Source: an uncultured Planctomycetales bacterium
GTDB taxonomy: Bacteria; Omnitrophota; Gorgyraeia; Zapsychrales; Fredricksoniimonadaceae
Length of the DNA stretch: 64,000 nt
Reading direction: 5' to 3'
NCBI GenBank assembly: GCA_964520655.1
Contig: CAZFNI010000006.1
Location: forward strand, 14,790-78,789
The position numbers were made by a program, and so were the translations under genes. Under the pieces are notes generated by a model. The model was not told where the DNA came from. It made no database searches and saw nothing but the letters and a program-made list of their open reading frames with translations. Of this stretch, positions 1 through 9,235 are shown piece after piece (positions within the stretch are counted from its first letter, which is position 1; every line of letters begins with the position of its first letter).

Positions 1-56
1 GCTAAAGGGCGCCAGGCATTCTAACAGGATATAATTACGTAAGATGCGCATAGAGG

Positions 57-779
57 TTATGTGATGGCCAGGGCAATGATGCCCGCATACGCGGCACCAG
101 CGTTCTTTAAAGCTCTTGCGGCGGCATTGGCCGTCGCCTGGGTTGTTATCAGATCATCGACGAGCAAGACGCGTTTGCCGGCGGCCGACACAGAAGGATT
201 CATTTTAAAAGCCCCTAGAGTGTTTGTAAAGCGTTGTTTTTGGCTCAATAGAGTCTGCGAGGGGGATGGTTTGACCCGCAACAGCAGGCTGGATTCGTGC
301 TTAAGACCATAATGAACGCTTAACGCTTTGCTTAAGAGTTCCGACTGGTTATATCCCCGTTCCCTTAACCGCACCGGATGCAGAGGGATAGGGGCGATCA
401 AGTCAAATGTTCCAAGAGGGAAGTGGTATAAGTTGATGGACTCTGTCATGAGTTTGACAAAAGTTTTGTACAAGGATGTTTTGCCATGATATTTAAAGGA
501 ATGGATGAGTTTGGTCAATGGTTCCTCATAATGGCAGCAGCCGAAGAGGCGGTCTATATCCATGTGCGCTGATCGGCAGGTCTCGCATAGACTGTCGTCG
601 CTGAAATAATCCAAATGGCGGGAACAGCGTGTGCAGAAAGGCGGCGTATTGCGCCTGATCTGTTGAGCGCATGTCCGGCATAACTGTTCGCGGTGATTGC
701 TGTTAAGATATGTTCGGCACAGGAGGCAATTATCCGGGAACAACAGCTGGCGGATCCCATCGGCTAATTGGACAAACAT
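57..779 (-). CDS. ComF-family protein (double zinc-ribbon plus phosphoribosyltransferase domain)
   Basis: N-terminal CxxC...CxxC pairs followed by a PRTase-type motif VLLVDDLITTQAT at the C-terminus; 240 aa. Confidence 0.65.
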   Translation of the reverse strand: MFVQLADGIRQLLFPDNCLLCRTYLNSNHREQLCRTCAQQIRRNTPPFCTRCSRHLDYFSDDSLCETCRSAHMDIDRLFGCCHYEEPLTKLIHSFKYHGKTSLYKTFVKLMTESINLYHFPLGTFDLIAPIPLHPVRLRERGYNQSELLSKALSVHYGLKHESSLLLRVKPSPSQTLLSQKQRFTNTLGAFKMNPSVSAAGKRVLLVDDLITTQATANAAARALKNAGAAYAGIIALAIT

Positions 780-806
780 GATCTATGGTAACATAATACA
801 AAATGT

Positions 807-835
807 TTGTCATGGACGGGCTTTGTCCGTATAAT
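807..835 (+). promoter_or_regulatory. sigma70-like promoter TTGTCA-N17-TATAAT driving the 906 operon
   Basis: TTGTCA at 807-812, 17-nt spacer, TATAAT at 830-835; GGAGGA Shine-Dalgarno precedes ATG 906. Confidence 0.45.
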
Positions 836-905
836 ACGCACGTTTCCAAGTTACTTTTGTATGTCCGATGAAAACGTTCGGGCATGACATCAAGAGGAGG
901 ATCCT

Positions 906-1211
906 ATGAGAACACTGATGTTATCGTTCCTGCTGGTTACTGCTGGTGCGGCTGGCGCTTGGGCCGCCTTCACCTCGAATGTGACGGTCCTGGAAAAAAC
1001 GGAAATGGTCAGATTAAGTGATGAAAAGCTCATTGATGCTTACCAGGATGTTCTAGTCGAGCTAGAAGCTATTCGTGCTTTTCATGCGACATCAGGGTTC
1101 TCTCCCAAGCAGTATGATGAGTTCCGCGGGCTATTAAAATACCGCCTGCAGCTGTTAATGGAGATCCACACACGCAATATTGAAATACCCCAACAAATGG
1201 AGCGGATTTGA
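906..1211 (+). CDS. small hypothetical protein with N-terminal signal/TM segment
   Basis: ORF with strong RBS (GAGGAGGA); hydrophobic N-terminus; stop overlaps the next gene start region. Confidence 0.4.
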   Translation: MRTLMLSFLLVTAGAAGAWAAFTSNVTVLEKTEMVRLSDEKLIDAYQDVLVELEAIRAFHATSGFSPKQYDEFRGLLKYRLQLLMEIHTRNIEIPQQMERI

Positions 1212-1212
1212 T

Positions 1213-1758
1213 ATGAGTAATGAGCGCGCGCAATTGTTCCAGATCTTGAAAGAAAAAGCATTCTTCCGCGGTAAATTCATTTTATCGTCGGGAAAAGAAA
1301 GTAGTTTTTATTTGGATGCCAGGCTTGTGTCCTTAGGCCCTGCAGGTGCGTATTTAACGGGCAAGGTCATGCTCGATATGGTCAAGAATGATACGATCGA
1401 TGCGATCGGTGGCCCGACGCTTGGGGCTGACCCCATGGTGGGGGCTATTGCTTCTTTAAGCTATCAGGCGAATAAACCGGTCAATACCTTCATTATCCGA
1501 AAACAGCCCAAAGCTCACGGCAAGCAGCAGCAGGTGGAAGGGCCGGAAATAAAAGAAGGGTCAACGGTCGTCATTATTGATGACGTGGCCACGACGGGAA
1601 AAGCTTTCGTGGAATCGATCGAAGTCCTGCAGAAGATGAATATCAAGATCGCCAAGGCCATCTGCATCATCGACCGCAATGAAGGGGCCAGGGAAGCATT
1701 GGCTAAATACAATGTGCCGCTGGTTCCGATCTTTACGATCAATGAGTTTTTGGCATGA
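1213..1758 (+). CDS. pyrE: orotate phosphoribosyltransferase
   Basis: GKFILSSGKESSFYLD and VVIIDDVATTGKA PRTase motifs; start trimmed to the Met at 1213, consistent with the PyrE N-terminus. Confidence 0.85.
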   Translation: MSNERAQLFQILKEKAFFRGKFILSSGKESSFYLDARLVSLGPAGAYLTGKVMLDMVKNDTIDAIGGPTLGADPMVGAIASLSYQANKPVNTFIIRKQPKAHGKQQQVEGPEIKEGSTVVIIDDVATTGKAFVESIEVLQKMNIKIAKAICIIDRNEGAREALAKYNVPLVPIFTINEFLA

Positions 1759-2333
1759 GACGCATTGTCCTGGCGTCCGCTTCGCCGCAGCGCAAGAATT
1801 TGATGAAGGTGTTGGGTGTGCCCTTTGATATTGTGCCAAGCAAGGCGGAAGAATCCTCCTCGATGGCTCGCGGGGTTAGTTATTTGGTCCGGCATAATGC
1901 CAGGCTTAAAGCCCAGGATGTTGCTTCAAGGGAAAAGAACGCGCTTATCATCGGCTGCGATACGGTCGTTCTTTCCGGGAAAAAGCGTTTGATCTTAAAG
2001 CCGAAAGACCTGCGTGAGGCCAAGAAGAATTTGAAAGAATTAATGGCTCATCCGCACTGGGTGTATTCAGGGCTTGTTGTCATCGACAGCAAAACGGGGA
2101 AAAGCGTCTCAGCGGTTGAGAAGACTAAGCTGGTGATGTCTCCCATGAGCGATAAGGCCATTGACCGCTATCATGCGCGCGTCAGCCCCTTGGATAAAGC
2201 GGGCGGTTTTGATATCGAAGGCACAGGGGCCTTGTTCATTCCGCGTATCGAGGGATGTTATTTCAATGTGGTGGGGCTGCCGCTAGCGGCATTAGGAAAG
2301 ATGCTGGCTAAGTTTGGGGTTGAGGTTATATGA
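1755..2333 (+). CDS. maf: Maf-like nucleoside triphosphate pyrophosphatase (septum formation protein Maf)
   Basis: N-terminus IVLASASPQRKNLM and GGFDIEGTGALFI motif; 4-nt overlap with pyrE. Confidence 0.8.
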   Translation: MRRIVLASASPQRKNLMKVLGVPFDIVPSKAEESSSMARGVSYLVRHNARLKAQDVASREKNALIIGCDTVVLSGKKRLILKPKDLREAKKNLKELMAHPHWVYSGLVVIDSKTGKSVSAVEKTKLVMSPMSDKAIDRYHARVSPLDKAGGFDIEGTGALFIPRIEGCYFNVVGLPLAALGKMLAKFGVEVI

Positions 2334-3103
2334 GATATTCTTTGATTGTCGCTCTATCGGCGCTGTTTTTTTTATCTGGCTGCGCGTCGTCGTTTAATAC
2401 GGCCACCGGTCGTCAAGAGACGCTGCTTTACGGGGATGACAAAGAAAAAGATATCGGGGCCTCTGTGGCATTGCAGGCGGAAAAAGAATTGAAGTTTGAT
2501 AACAATGTCGATGTTAATGAGCGCGCTGAAAAGATCTTAAAAAAGATCGCCGCGGTCAGCGACCGGCGGGATGTGGTGTATACCATCCGGGTGATCGATG
2601 AGGATGAATTAAACGCGTTCAGTCTGCCCGGCGGGTATATTTATGTCAACCGCGGGTTGATCGAGAAAGTCGATAATGACGACCAGTTAGCCGCGGTCAT
2701 TGCCCATGAGATCGGGCATGTGACGGCAAAGCACGCATTAAAGAGGGTTCAGGGGGCCTATGGGGCTACCGTTCTGCAGATAGCCTCTGCCGTGAGCGGT
2801 AACGGGGCTTTGGCAGCAGGTATTGGGCTTGCGGCGGATTCGATCTTGTTCAAGAATTCTCGTGAAGATGAGTTTGAATCGGATCGTCTTGGCATTAAAT
2901 ATATGCGTTTGGCTGGTTACAATCCACTGGAGATGAAAAAAATGCTGGGTAAACTTCTGGCCGATGAAGCCAAGCAGGAACCCAGACCGTTGAATTATTG
3001 GCGGACACACCCGTACATCCCTGCACGCATGGCTCAGGCAGATGCCCAGGCCAAAGGCAGTGCGGAGTATCGGGATTATTTGAACATAACGGGGACACAA
3101 TGA
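2330..3103 (+). CDS. M48-family zinc metallopeptidase lipoprotein
   Basis: HEIGH zinc motif (AHEIGHVTAKH), lipoprotein signal (LSGCASS), peptidase M48 fold pattern. Confidence 0.7.
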   Translation: MRYSLIVALSALFFLSGCASSFNTATGRQETLLYGDDKEKDIGASVALQAEKELKFDNNVDVNERAEKILKKIAAVSDRRDVVYTIRVIDEDELNAFSLPGGYIYVNRGLIEKVDNDDQLAAVIAHEIGHVTAKHALKRVQGAYGATVLQIASAVSGNGALAAGIGLAADSILFKNSREDEFESDRLGIKYMRLAGYNPLEMKKMLGKLLADEAKQEPRPLNYWRTHPYIPARMAQADAQAKGSAEYRDYLNITGTQ

Positions 3104-3531
3104 GATTTTTATTGCTGATTTTATGTTTATCGGTTGCCGGCTGCGTGCATATCCGCGGGAAACAGGTATGTTTTGAGCGCGGCTGCGTCAACGTGGATGT
3201 CGCGGCCAATGAAGAACAGATGATCAAGGGATTAAGCGGGCACGCGCCTTTGAAAGAACACGAAGGAATGTTGTTTAAGTTCGACCGTGAAGGGATTTAT
3301 TCATTCTGGATGAAAGACATGGGTTTTGATCTGGATATTTTATGGATCGATAAGGACTCGAATGTTGTTTATATCAAGGAAGAAGTCGAACCCTGCGGGA
3401 ATGAACACTGCCCGAAATTTGCGTCCCCAGTTCCCGCGATGTATATATTGGAAGTCCCTGCCGGTTATGTCAAAAAGAACCGCATCAAGGTCGGTGACCA
3501 TTCGCTGGTCCTGGATATCAGCAAACAGTAG
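3100..3531 (+). CDS. DUF192 family lipoprotein
   Basis: Start trimmed to MRFLLLILCLSVAGC (ATGA overlap with upstream stop); DUF192-like ILWIDKD...YILEVPAG core. Confidence 0.55.
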   Translation: MRFLLLILCLSVAGCVHIRGKQVCFERGCVNVDVAANEEQMIKGLSGHAPLKEHEGMLFKFDREGIYSFWMKDMGFDLDILWIDKDSNVVYIKEEVEPCGNEHCPKFASPVPAMYILEVPAGYVKKNRIKVGDHSLVLDISKQ

Positions 3532-3537
3532 AACTTT

Positions 3538-4950
3538 TTATTTTTTGGGTTTGTAAATATGCGTGGAATGGCCGAAGAAGCTTTCGGCGGTTTCCATGAT
3601 GGTTTCAGACAGCGTCGGATGCGGATGGATGGATAATTTCAAGTCATTGGCCACGCAGCCCATTTCGATCGCCAAAACCCCTTCCGAGATCATTTCTCCA
3701 GCCCCAACACCGACGATGCCGACCCCTAAGATGCGCTGGGTCTCGGGATCAATGATCATCTTGGTCAAACCATCCTGACGGTCAAGCGTTAAGGCGCGTC
3801 CGGATGCGCCCCAGGGGAATTTCACAACTTGCACTGGCTTGCCGGCTTTAAGCGCTTCTGATTCAGTTATACCACACCAGGCGATCTCAGGGTCAGTGAA
3901 GACAACCGCCGGGATAGCTTGCGGTTCCCAGGCGACTTTTTTACCGGCGATGGCTTCAACCGCCACGCGGCCTTCATGGGAGGCTTTGTGGGCCAGCATG
4001 GGGTCGCCGGCGATATCGCCGATGGCGTAAATATTAGGATCCGCAGTACGTCGCTGAGCGTCGACTTCCACGAAACCGCGCGGGGTGACTTTCACTTTAG
4101 TGTTTTCAAGCCCTAAGTTCTCCGAATTGGGACGACGTCCAATCGACACGAGGACTTTATTATATTCTTCGCTAAATTCCTTGCCGTTTTTATCTGCGAA
4201 AGTGACGCTTAAGCCGTTTGCGGTCTCAACGACCTTAACGACTTTTGTTTCCAGCATGATCTTCTGGAACATGCCCTGTGCGCGCTTATTAAGGACATTA
4301 GCTAAGTCGCGGTCTGCGCCGGGCAAAAGTCCGTCTAACATCTCAACCACAGAAACCTTGCAACCCAGTTCATGATAGGCGGTCCCCAGTTCCATCCCGA
4401 TATAGCCGCCGCCGATGACAAGCATGGATTCAGGAATTGTTTCCATTTCCAGGGCTGCGGTAGAGTTCCAAATGTGTTTGGATTGAGGCAATGTCGGGAT
4501 TGATGAGGGTCTAGACCCTGTCGCTAAAATAGCTTTGGTGAAAGATAGCTGTTCGGATGAGCCGTCAGCTTTCTTAATGTTCAGTGTATTGGAATTAAGG
4601 AAGGATGCTTCCCCGTGAAAATACTTGATCTTACGGGCTTTGGCCAATTGGCCCAGGCCGCCGGTGAGCTTTGTCACAATGCCTTGTTTCCAGGTGCGTA
4701 ATTTCTGGATATCGATCTTTGGTGCGCCGTATTCAATACCAAAATGGCTGGCATGCTTAGCTTCTGAGATGATCTTGGCCACATGCAGGAACGCTTTAGA
4801 GGGGATGCATCCGCGGTATAAACACACACCGCCGGGATTGGTCTCTTTTTCCACGATCGCCACATCCATCCCAAGGTCTGCAGCTAAGAAGGCGGCCGCA
4901 TATCCACCGGGGCCGGCACCGATCACAACCAAATGTACAGAAGAGGCCAT
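3538..4950 (-). CDS. lpdA: dihydrolipoyl dehydrogenase (PDH E3)
   Basis: FAD GxGxxG (VVIGAGPGGY), redox-active disulfide CLYRGCIPSK, C-terminal HPHPTLSE dimerisation motif. Confidence 0.9.
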   Translation of the reverse strand: MASSVHLVVIGAGPGGYAAAFLAADLGMDVAIVEKETNPGGVCLYRGCIPSKAFLHVAKIISEAKHASHFGIEYGAPKIDIQKLRTWKQGIVTKLTGGLGQLAKARKIKYFHGEASFLNSNTLNIKKADGSSEQLSFTKAILATGSRPSSIPTLPQSKHIWNSTAALEMETIPESMLVIGGGYIGMELGTAYHELGCKVSVVEMLDGLLPGADRDLANVLNKRAQGMFQKIMLETKVVKVVETANGLSVTFADKNGKEFSEEYNKVLVSIGRRPNSENLGLENTKVKVTPRGFVEVDAQRRTADPNIYAIGDIAGDPMLAHKASHEGRVAVEAIAGKKVAWEPQAIPAVVFTDPEIAWCGITESEALKAGKPVQVVKFPWGASGRALTLDRQDGLTKMIIDPETQRILGVGIVGVGAGEMISEGVLAIEMGCVANDLKLSIHPHPTLSETIMETAESFFGHSTHIYKPKK

Positions 4951-4958
4951 ATGTTCCC

Positions 4959-6218
4959 TTATTTTTCTAAGTCAATTAAGAATGGTTGGGCGATCGCATC
5001 CGCCACCCAGCGCATGAACCTGGCGCCGTCAGCGCCGTCGATGATGCGGTGATCGTAAGAGAGCGACAAAGGCAGCATCAGCCGCGGAACGAATTGGTTT
5101 TCCATATAAACGGGTTCCATGACGCCGCGGGATACGCCTAAAATAGCAACTTCCGGCGCGTTGACGATCGGGGTGAAGAATGTCCCGCCGATCCCGCCTA
5201 AATTGGAGATGGTAAAACACCCGCCGGACATTTCCTCGATCGTGGTCTTGCGTTCCCTGGCCCGGGAAGCGATCTGGGTCAATTCATCAGAGATCTGCAT
5301 AATGCTTTTGGTGTCGACATTCTTTAAGACAGGGACGATCAGACCGCGATCCGTGTCCACAGCGACCCCGACATTGATATAGCTTTTGTACACGATCTCA
5401 TTGGAGGTCATATCAACGGCCGCGTTGAACTGGGGGAATTGTTTGAGTGCCGCGGCAACGACCTTGATGATAAACGGGGTGATGGATAATTTGCGTTTAT
5501 CGCCGGAGAATCGTTTGCGCAGGCGTTCTAATTCCGTGATGTCGGTTTTCTCGAATTGTGTGACATGAGGGATGCTGTTCCAGGCGTTGGATAAATGTTC
5601 CGCGGTCTTGCGGCGGACATTGTTCATTGGCTCCCGGCGGATCTGTCCCCATTTACTGAAATCTGGCAGGGGTTGCGCTGCCGCAACCACGCCGCCAACA
5701 GCGGGACGTGATGTATTCAATGCTTTCGCGAATTTTTTAACGTCTTCAATACTGATACGTCCGCCTGGCCCTGATCCTGGGACTTGGCCGATATCAATGC
5801 CGATCTCGCGGGCAAATAAACGAACCGATGGAGCTGCTGGCACATTGGCGCGTACCGGTATAGGTGCAGCCGGTGCGGGAACCGAGGCTTGCGCGGCAAC
5901 AGGTGTAGGTGCAGCAGCGGGCGCAGGTGTTGCAACAGATGCTTGTGGTCTTTCCTGTGCCGCAGGTTTCGCGGGCGCTGCGGAAGCAGCACCTGTCAAT
6001 TCAAAGACCGGAGCGCCGACCTTGACCGTATCACCGACCTTGATCAATATCTTGCCGATGGTTCCTTCTTGAGGCGCAGGGACTTCCAGGACGGCTTTAT
6101 CCGTTTCAAGTTCTAGGATATTCTGTCCTTTTTTTATGCTGTCGCCGGCAGCGACCAAGATCTTGGTGACCGTGCCTTGAGCGATATTTTCTCCCAGAAC
6201 GGGTAATTTCAATTCCAT
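4959..6218 (-). CDS. aceF: dihydrolipoamide acetyltransferase (PDH E2)
   Basis: Lipoyl domain (ETDKAVLEVPAP), Ala/Pro linker, catalytic DHRIIDGADGARF motif. Confidence 0.85.
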   Translation of the reverse strand: MELKLPVLGENIAQGTVTKILVAAGDSIKKGQNILELETDKAVLEVPAPQEGTIGKILIKVGDTVKVGAPVFELTGAASAAPAKPAAQERPQASVATPAPAAAPTPVAAQASVPAPAAPIPVRANVPAAPSVRLFAREIGIDIGQVPGSGPGGRISIEDVKKFAKALNTSRPAVGGVVAAAQPLPDFSKWGQIRREPMNNVRRKTAEHLSNAWNSIPHVTQFEKTDITELERLRKRFSGDKRKLSITPFIIKVVAAALKQFPQFNAAVDMTSNEIVYKSYINVGVAVDTDRGLIVPVLKNVDTKSIMQISDELTQIASRARERKTTIEEMSGGCFTISNLGGIGGTFFTPIVNAPEVAILGVSRGVMEPVYMENQFVPRLMLPLSLSYDHRIIDGADGARFMRWVADAIAQPFLIDLEK

Positions 6219-6227
6219 ATGCGTTCC

Positions 6228-8915
6228 TTAGGATATCATCGGGTTTAATTTGTCCGCGTTGATCTTCAGTTCCTTTTGCGCGGCTTCCAAAACATTGGAA
6301 GACAGTTTTTTGTCCTGTGCTAATGACACGAGTGTCGCCCAGACAATGTGTTTGGCATCCACTTCAAAGAAATCCCGCAGGGCTTCGCGGCTCTCTGATC
6401 GACCGAATCCGTCGGTGCCTAAGACCGTGTAGCGCCCAGGGATCCACTGGCGAATAGAATCAGGAAGGACTTTCATATAATCGGACGCGGCCACGAAAAC
6501 GCCGCTTTCATCCTTTAACAATTGGGAAACATACGGTGTCTGGACATCTTTGGCCTTCAATAAATTGGCGCGCTGGGCATGAAGCGCGTCGCGGCGCAGT
6601 TCATTGTAGCTGGTGACCGACCAGACATCAGTAGACACATTGTATTTTTCTTCGAGGATCTTCTGCGCTTCCAGCACTTGGTTCATGATCGCGCCAGAAC
6701 CAAATAAATGTGCTTTCAGGGACGATGATTTAGCGGATTTGCTGAAACGATACATCCCTTTAAGGATGCCTTCTTTGGCACCTTGCGGCATGGCCGGCAT
6801 GGCATAGTTCTCATTACCGACGCTTAAATAGTAGAAGATGCTTTCCTGCTTTTCATACATGCGATAGATACCGTCGCGGATGATGACGGCGATCTCAAAG
6901 GCGAATGCCGGATCATAAGAGACTAAATTCGGAACGGTGGAGGTCAACAGGTGCGTATGGCCATCCTGATGCTGCAAACCTTCGCCGTTTAAGGTGGTGC
7001 GGCCAGAGGTCGCACCGACCAAGAACCCTTTGCAGCGTAGATCCGCGGCAGCCCAAACCAGATCGCCCACGCGCTGCGGTCCGAACATGGAATAATACGT
7101 ATAGAAGGGGATCATGTTGATGTTATGCGACGCATAGGCTGTGCCCGCGGCGATAAACGATGAGATGGCCCCAGCTTCGTTGATACCTTCTTCTAATATC
7201 TGGCCGTCTTTGGCTTCTTTGTAATACATTAAACTGTCAGAATCGACAGGTTCATATAATTGACCGACATGCGAATAAATACCAACTTGGCGGAACATGC
7301 CTTCCATCCCAAAGGTGCGGGCTTCATCCGGGATGATGGGGACAATGTATTTGCCAAGCGCGCCGTCGCGCAGCAATTTGGCCAACACGCGCACATAGGC
7401 CATGGTGGTCGACACTTCGCGGGCTTCCGTGCCTTTATAGAATTCTTCAAAGAGTTCTTCAGAGGGTGTCTGCAGTTTTGTCACCTCCGTGCGGCGGGAG
7501 GGCAGATAGCCGCCCAAGGCCTCACGGCGTTCGCGCAAATATTTCATTTCCGGTGAATCTTCGGACGGCCGATAAAAAGGTGCTTTAGCGACTTCAGAGT
7601 CCGAGATCGGGATATTGAAGCGGGAACGAAATTCCTTAAGTTCTTGATCGTTAAGCTTTTTCTGTTGATGAGAAATGTTCTTGCCTTCGCCACTTTCGCC
7701 TAAACCGTAGCCTTTGATGGTGTGAGCCAACACAACCGTGGGGGCTCCCTTATAATCACAGGCCGCCTTGTAGGCTGCATAGACTTTTTCCGGGTCATGG
7801 CCGCCGCGGTTTAGCTGCTGGATCTCGGTATCGGATAAATGTTCCACCATCTTAAGCAGGCGGGGATCAACGCCAAAGAATTTTTCACGGATATAAGCGC
7901 CGGAAGAAACGGAGTATTTTTGCATTTCACCGTCCACCACTTCGCCCATGCGCCGGGCCAGTAAGCCTTCGGTATCATTGGCCAGCAATTCATCCCAGCC
8001 ATTGCCCCAGACGACCTTAATGACGTTCCAGCCAGCCCCGCGGAAGAGGGCTTCCAGTTCCTGAATGATCTTGCCGTTGCCGCGCACCGGTCCGTCTAAA
8101 CGCTGTAAGTTGCAGTTGATCACAAAATTCAAATTATCGAGCTTTTCGCGGGACGCCATGGTCAAGGCGCCTAAGGATTCCGGCTCATCACACTCCCCAT
8201 CACCCATATAAACCCATACTTTGTGGTCATCTTTGGGTTTTAAGCCCCTATCTTCCAGATAACGGTTAAAACGGGCCTGGTAAATGCCCATAATGGGGGC
8301 TAAACCCATAGAAACGGTCGGAAATTGCCAAAAGTGGGGCATAAGCCATGGGTGTGGGTAGGAAGAAAGTCCTCCAGTGGGGCTTAACTCCCTGCGGAAA
8401 CTAACTAAATTTTGTTCATTTAAGCGGCCTTCCATAAAAGCGCGGGAATAGATCCCTGGGGATGCGTGACCCTGGAAATATACCAAATCACCGCTGCTGT
8501 CTTTGGTGCGTGCTTTAAAGAAGTGGTTGAATCCAACCTCATAAAGAGTGGCAGATGAGGCAAAAGTGGAGATGTGACCACCAACGCCATCTGTGAGCTT
8601 GTTTGCTTTGACCACCATTGCCATAGCGTTCCAGCGGATAATCGACTTGATCCGGCGCTCTAATTCTCGGTTTCCCGGGTATGGCGGCTGTTTATCTTTG
8701 GAAATGGTGTTGATATAGGGGGTATTATAGGTGAAGGGTAAGGTTACGCCTGATTCTTGAGCGCGTATCTGCAGCTGCTGCAAGAGGTATTGGACTTTTT
8801 CCGGGCTACCGCTGGATAAAACATAGTCCAGTGATGCCAGCCATTCTTTCAGCTCAACATCATCAATAACAGCAGGTTTCTTAACATTAGACTCATCAGA
8901 CATAACAACTCCCAT
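6228..8915 (-). CDS. aceE: pyruvate dehydrogenase E1 component, homodimeric type
   Basis: 895-aa protein of AceE type, collinear with E2 and E3 downstream on the same strand; GGAG RBS. Confidence 0.9.
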   Translation of the reverse strand: MGVVMSDESNVKKPAVIDDVELKEWLASLDYVLSSGSPEKVQYLLQQLQIRAQESGVTLPFTYNTPYINTISKDKQPPYPGNRELERRIKSIIRWNAMAMVVKANKLTDGVGGHISTFASSATLYEVGFNHFFKARTKDSSGDLVYFQGHASPGIYSRAFMEGRLNEQNLVSFRRELSPTGGLSSYPHPWLMPHFWQFPTVSMGLAPIMGIYQARFNRYLEDRGLKPKDDHKVWVYMGDGECDEPESLGALTMASREKLDNLNFVINCNLQRLDGPVRGNGKIIQELEALFRGAGWNVIKVVWGNGWDELLANDTEGLLARRMGEVVDGEMQKYSVSSGAYIREKFFGVDPRLLKMVEHLSDTEIQQLNRGGHDPEKVYAAYKAACDYKGAPTVVLAHTIKGYGLGESGEGKNISHQQKKLNDQELKEFRSRFNIPISDSEVAKAPFYRPSEDSPEMKYLRERREALGGYLPSRRTEVTKLQTPSEELFEEFYKGTEAREVSTTMAYVRVLAKLLRDGALGKYIVPIIPDEARTFGMEGMFRQVGIYSHVGQLYEPVDSDSLMYYKEAKDGQILEEGINEAGAISSFIAAGTAYASHNINMIPFYTYYSMFGPQRVGDLVWAAADLRCKGFLVGATSGRTTLNGEGLQHQDGHTHLLTSTVPNLVSYDPAFAFEIAVIIRDGIYRMYEKQESIFYYLSVGNENYAMPAMPQGAKEGILKGMYRFSKSAKSSSLKAHLFGSGAIMNQVLEAQKILEEKYNVSTDVWSVTSYNELRRDALHAQRANLLKAKDVQTPYVSQLLKDESGVFVAASDYMKVLPDSIRQWIPGRYTVLGTDGFGRSESREALRDFFEVDAKHIVWATLVSLAQDKKLSSNVLEAAQKELKINADKLNPMIS

Positions 8916-8948
8916 TCCAGATCAGTTAACGAAATAATACCAAAATAT

Positions 8949-9033
8949 TGGTGCCGGAGGAGAGATTTGAACTCTCAAGTCTTTCGCCATACGCTTGTGA
9001 GACGTACGCTTATACCAATTCCGCCACCCCTGC
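8949..9033 (-). tRNA. tRNA-like gene, 85 nt with encoded CCA. The anticodon loop reads CUCACAA (anticodon CAC) but the long 13-nt variable region is typical of type II tRNAs. Identity uncertain
   Basis: Minus strand reads GCAGGGG-TG-GCGGAATTGGTAT...-TACGT/CTCACAA/GCGTA-TGGCGAAAGACTT-GAGAG/TTCAAAT/CTCTC-CTCCGGC-A-CCA. T arm is perfect, anticodon stem is 5 bp, acceptor stem is 6/7 paired (A3:G70 mismatch), D stem is weak. Confidence 0.5.
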
Positions 9034-9081
9034 ACAAAGGTGTCAAATTCAAGTCCATCAGTATAACTGCGTAGAATTTAT

Positions 9082-9188
9082 CTGTCAACAGCAGGTTATG
9101 AATTAGCCATAGCTAAGAAGTTGACAGCCATCAGGAAAGGAGTAAACTAAAACTGTCAGCAGCTTGTTTCCCCCAGTCAGCAGTTGAT
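9082..9188. repeat. cluster of four TGTCA(A/G)CAGC-like motifs (two forming an inverted pair CTGTCAAC/GTTGACAG) upstream of the ORF6N gene
   Basis: ctgtcaacagcagg at 9082, gttgacagccatcagg at 9120, ctgtcagcagc at 9153, cagtcagcagttga at 9175. Confidence 0.4.
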
Positions 9189-9235
9189 TAAACCATAGAC
9201 CCCCGAATGAGAACCAACTATTTCAAGGAGGGACT

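Noticed and set aside
2998-3099. Upstream extension of the DUF192 ORF
   Set aside because: It overlaps the M48 peptidase gene. The lipoprotein signal peptide starts at the Met at 3100, which forms an ATGA overlap typical of this operon.
61-6072. Numerous 60-170-aa ORFs antisense to or nested within pyrE, the PDH genes, the giant protein gene, the RND pump gene and others (e.g. 61-312, 1515-1895, 5572-6072, 54105-54593, 20148-20651)
   Set aside because: They lie fully inside well-supported genes on the opposite strand or in other frames and have no RBS or recognisable motifs. They are typical spurious ORFs of GC-rich coding DNA.
8951-8958. Shared CCGGCACC string between the tRNA-like gene 3' end and the tmRNA 3' end as evidence of a second att site
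   Set aside because: Only 8 nt are shared and no direct repeat partner flanks a discrete segment. Judged coincidental.
9082-9095. LexA/SOS box (CTGT...ACAG) upstream of the ORF6N gene
   Set aside because: The half-sites are separated by 2 nt rather than the 8 nt of Gram-negative LexA boxes and do not match Gram-positive CGAAC boxes. Reported only as a repeat cluster.
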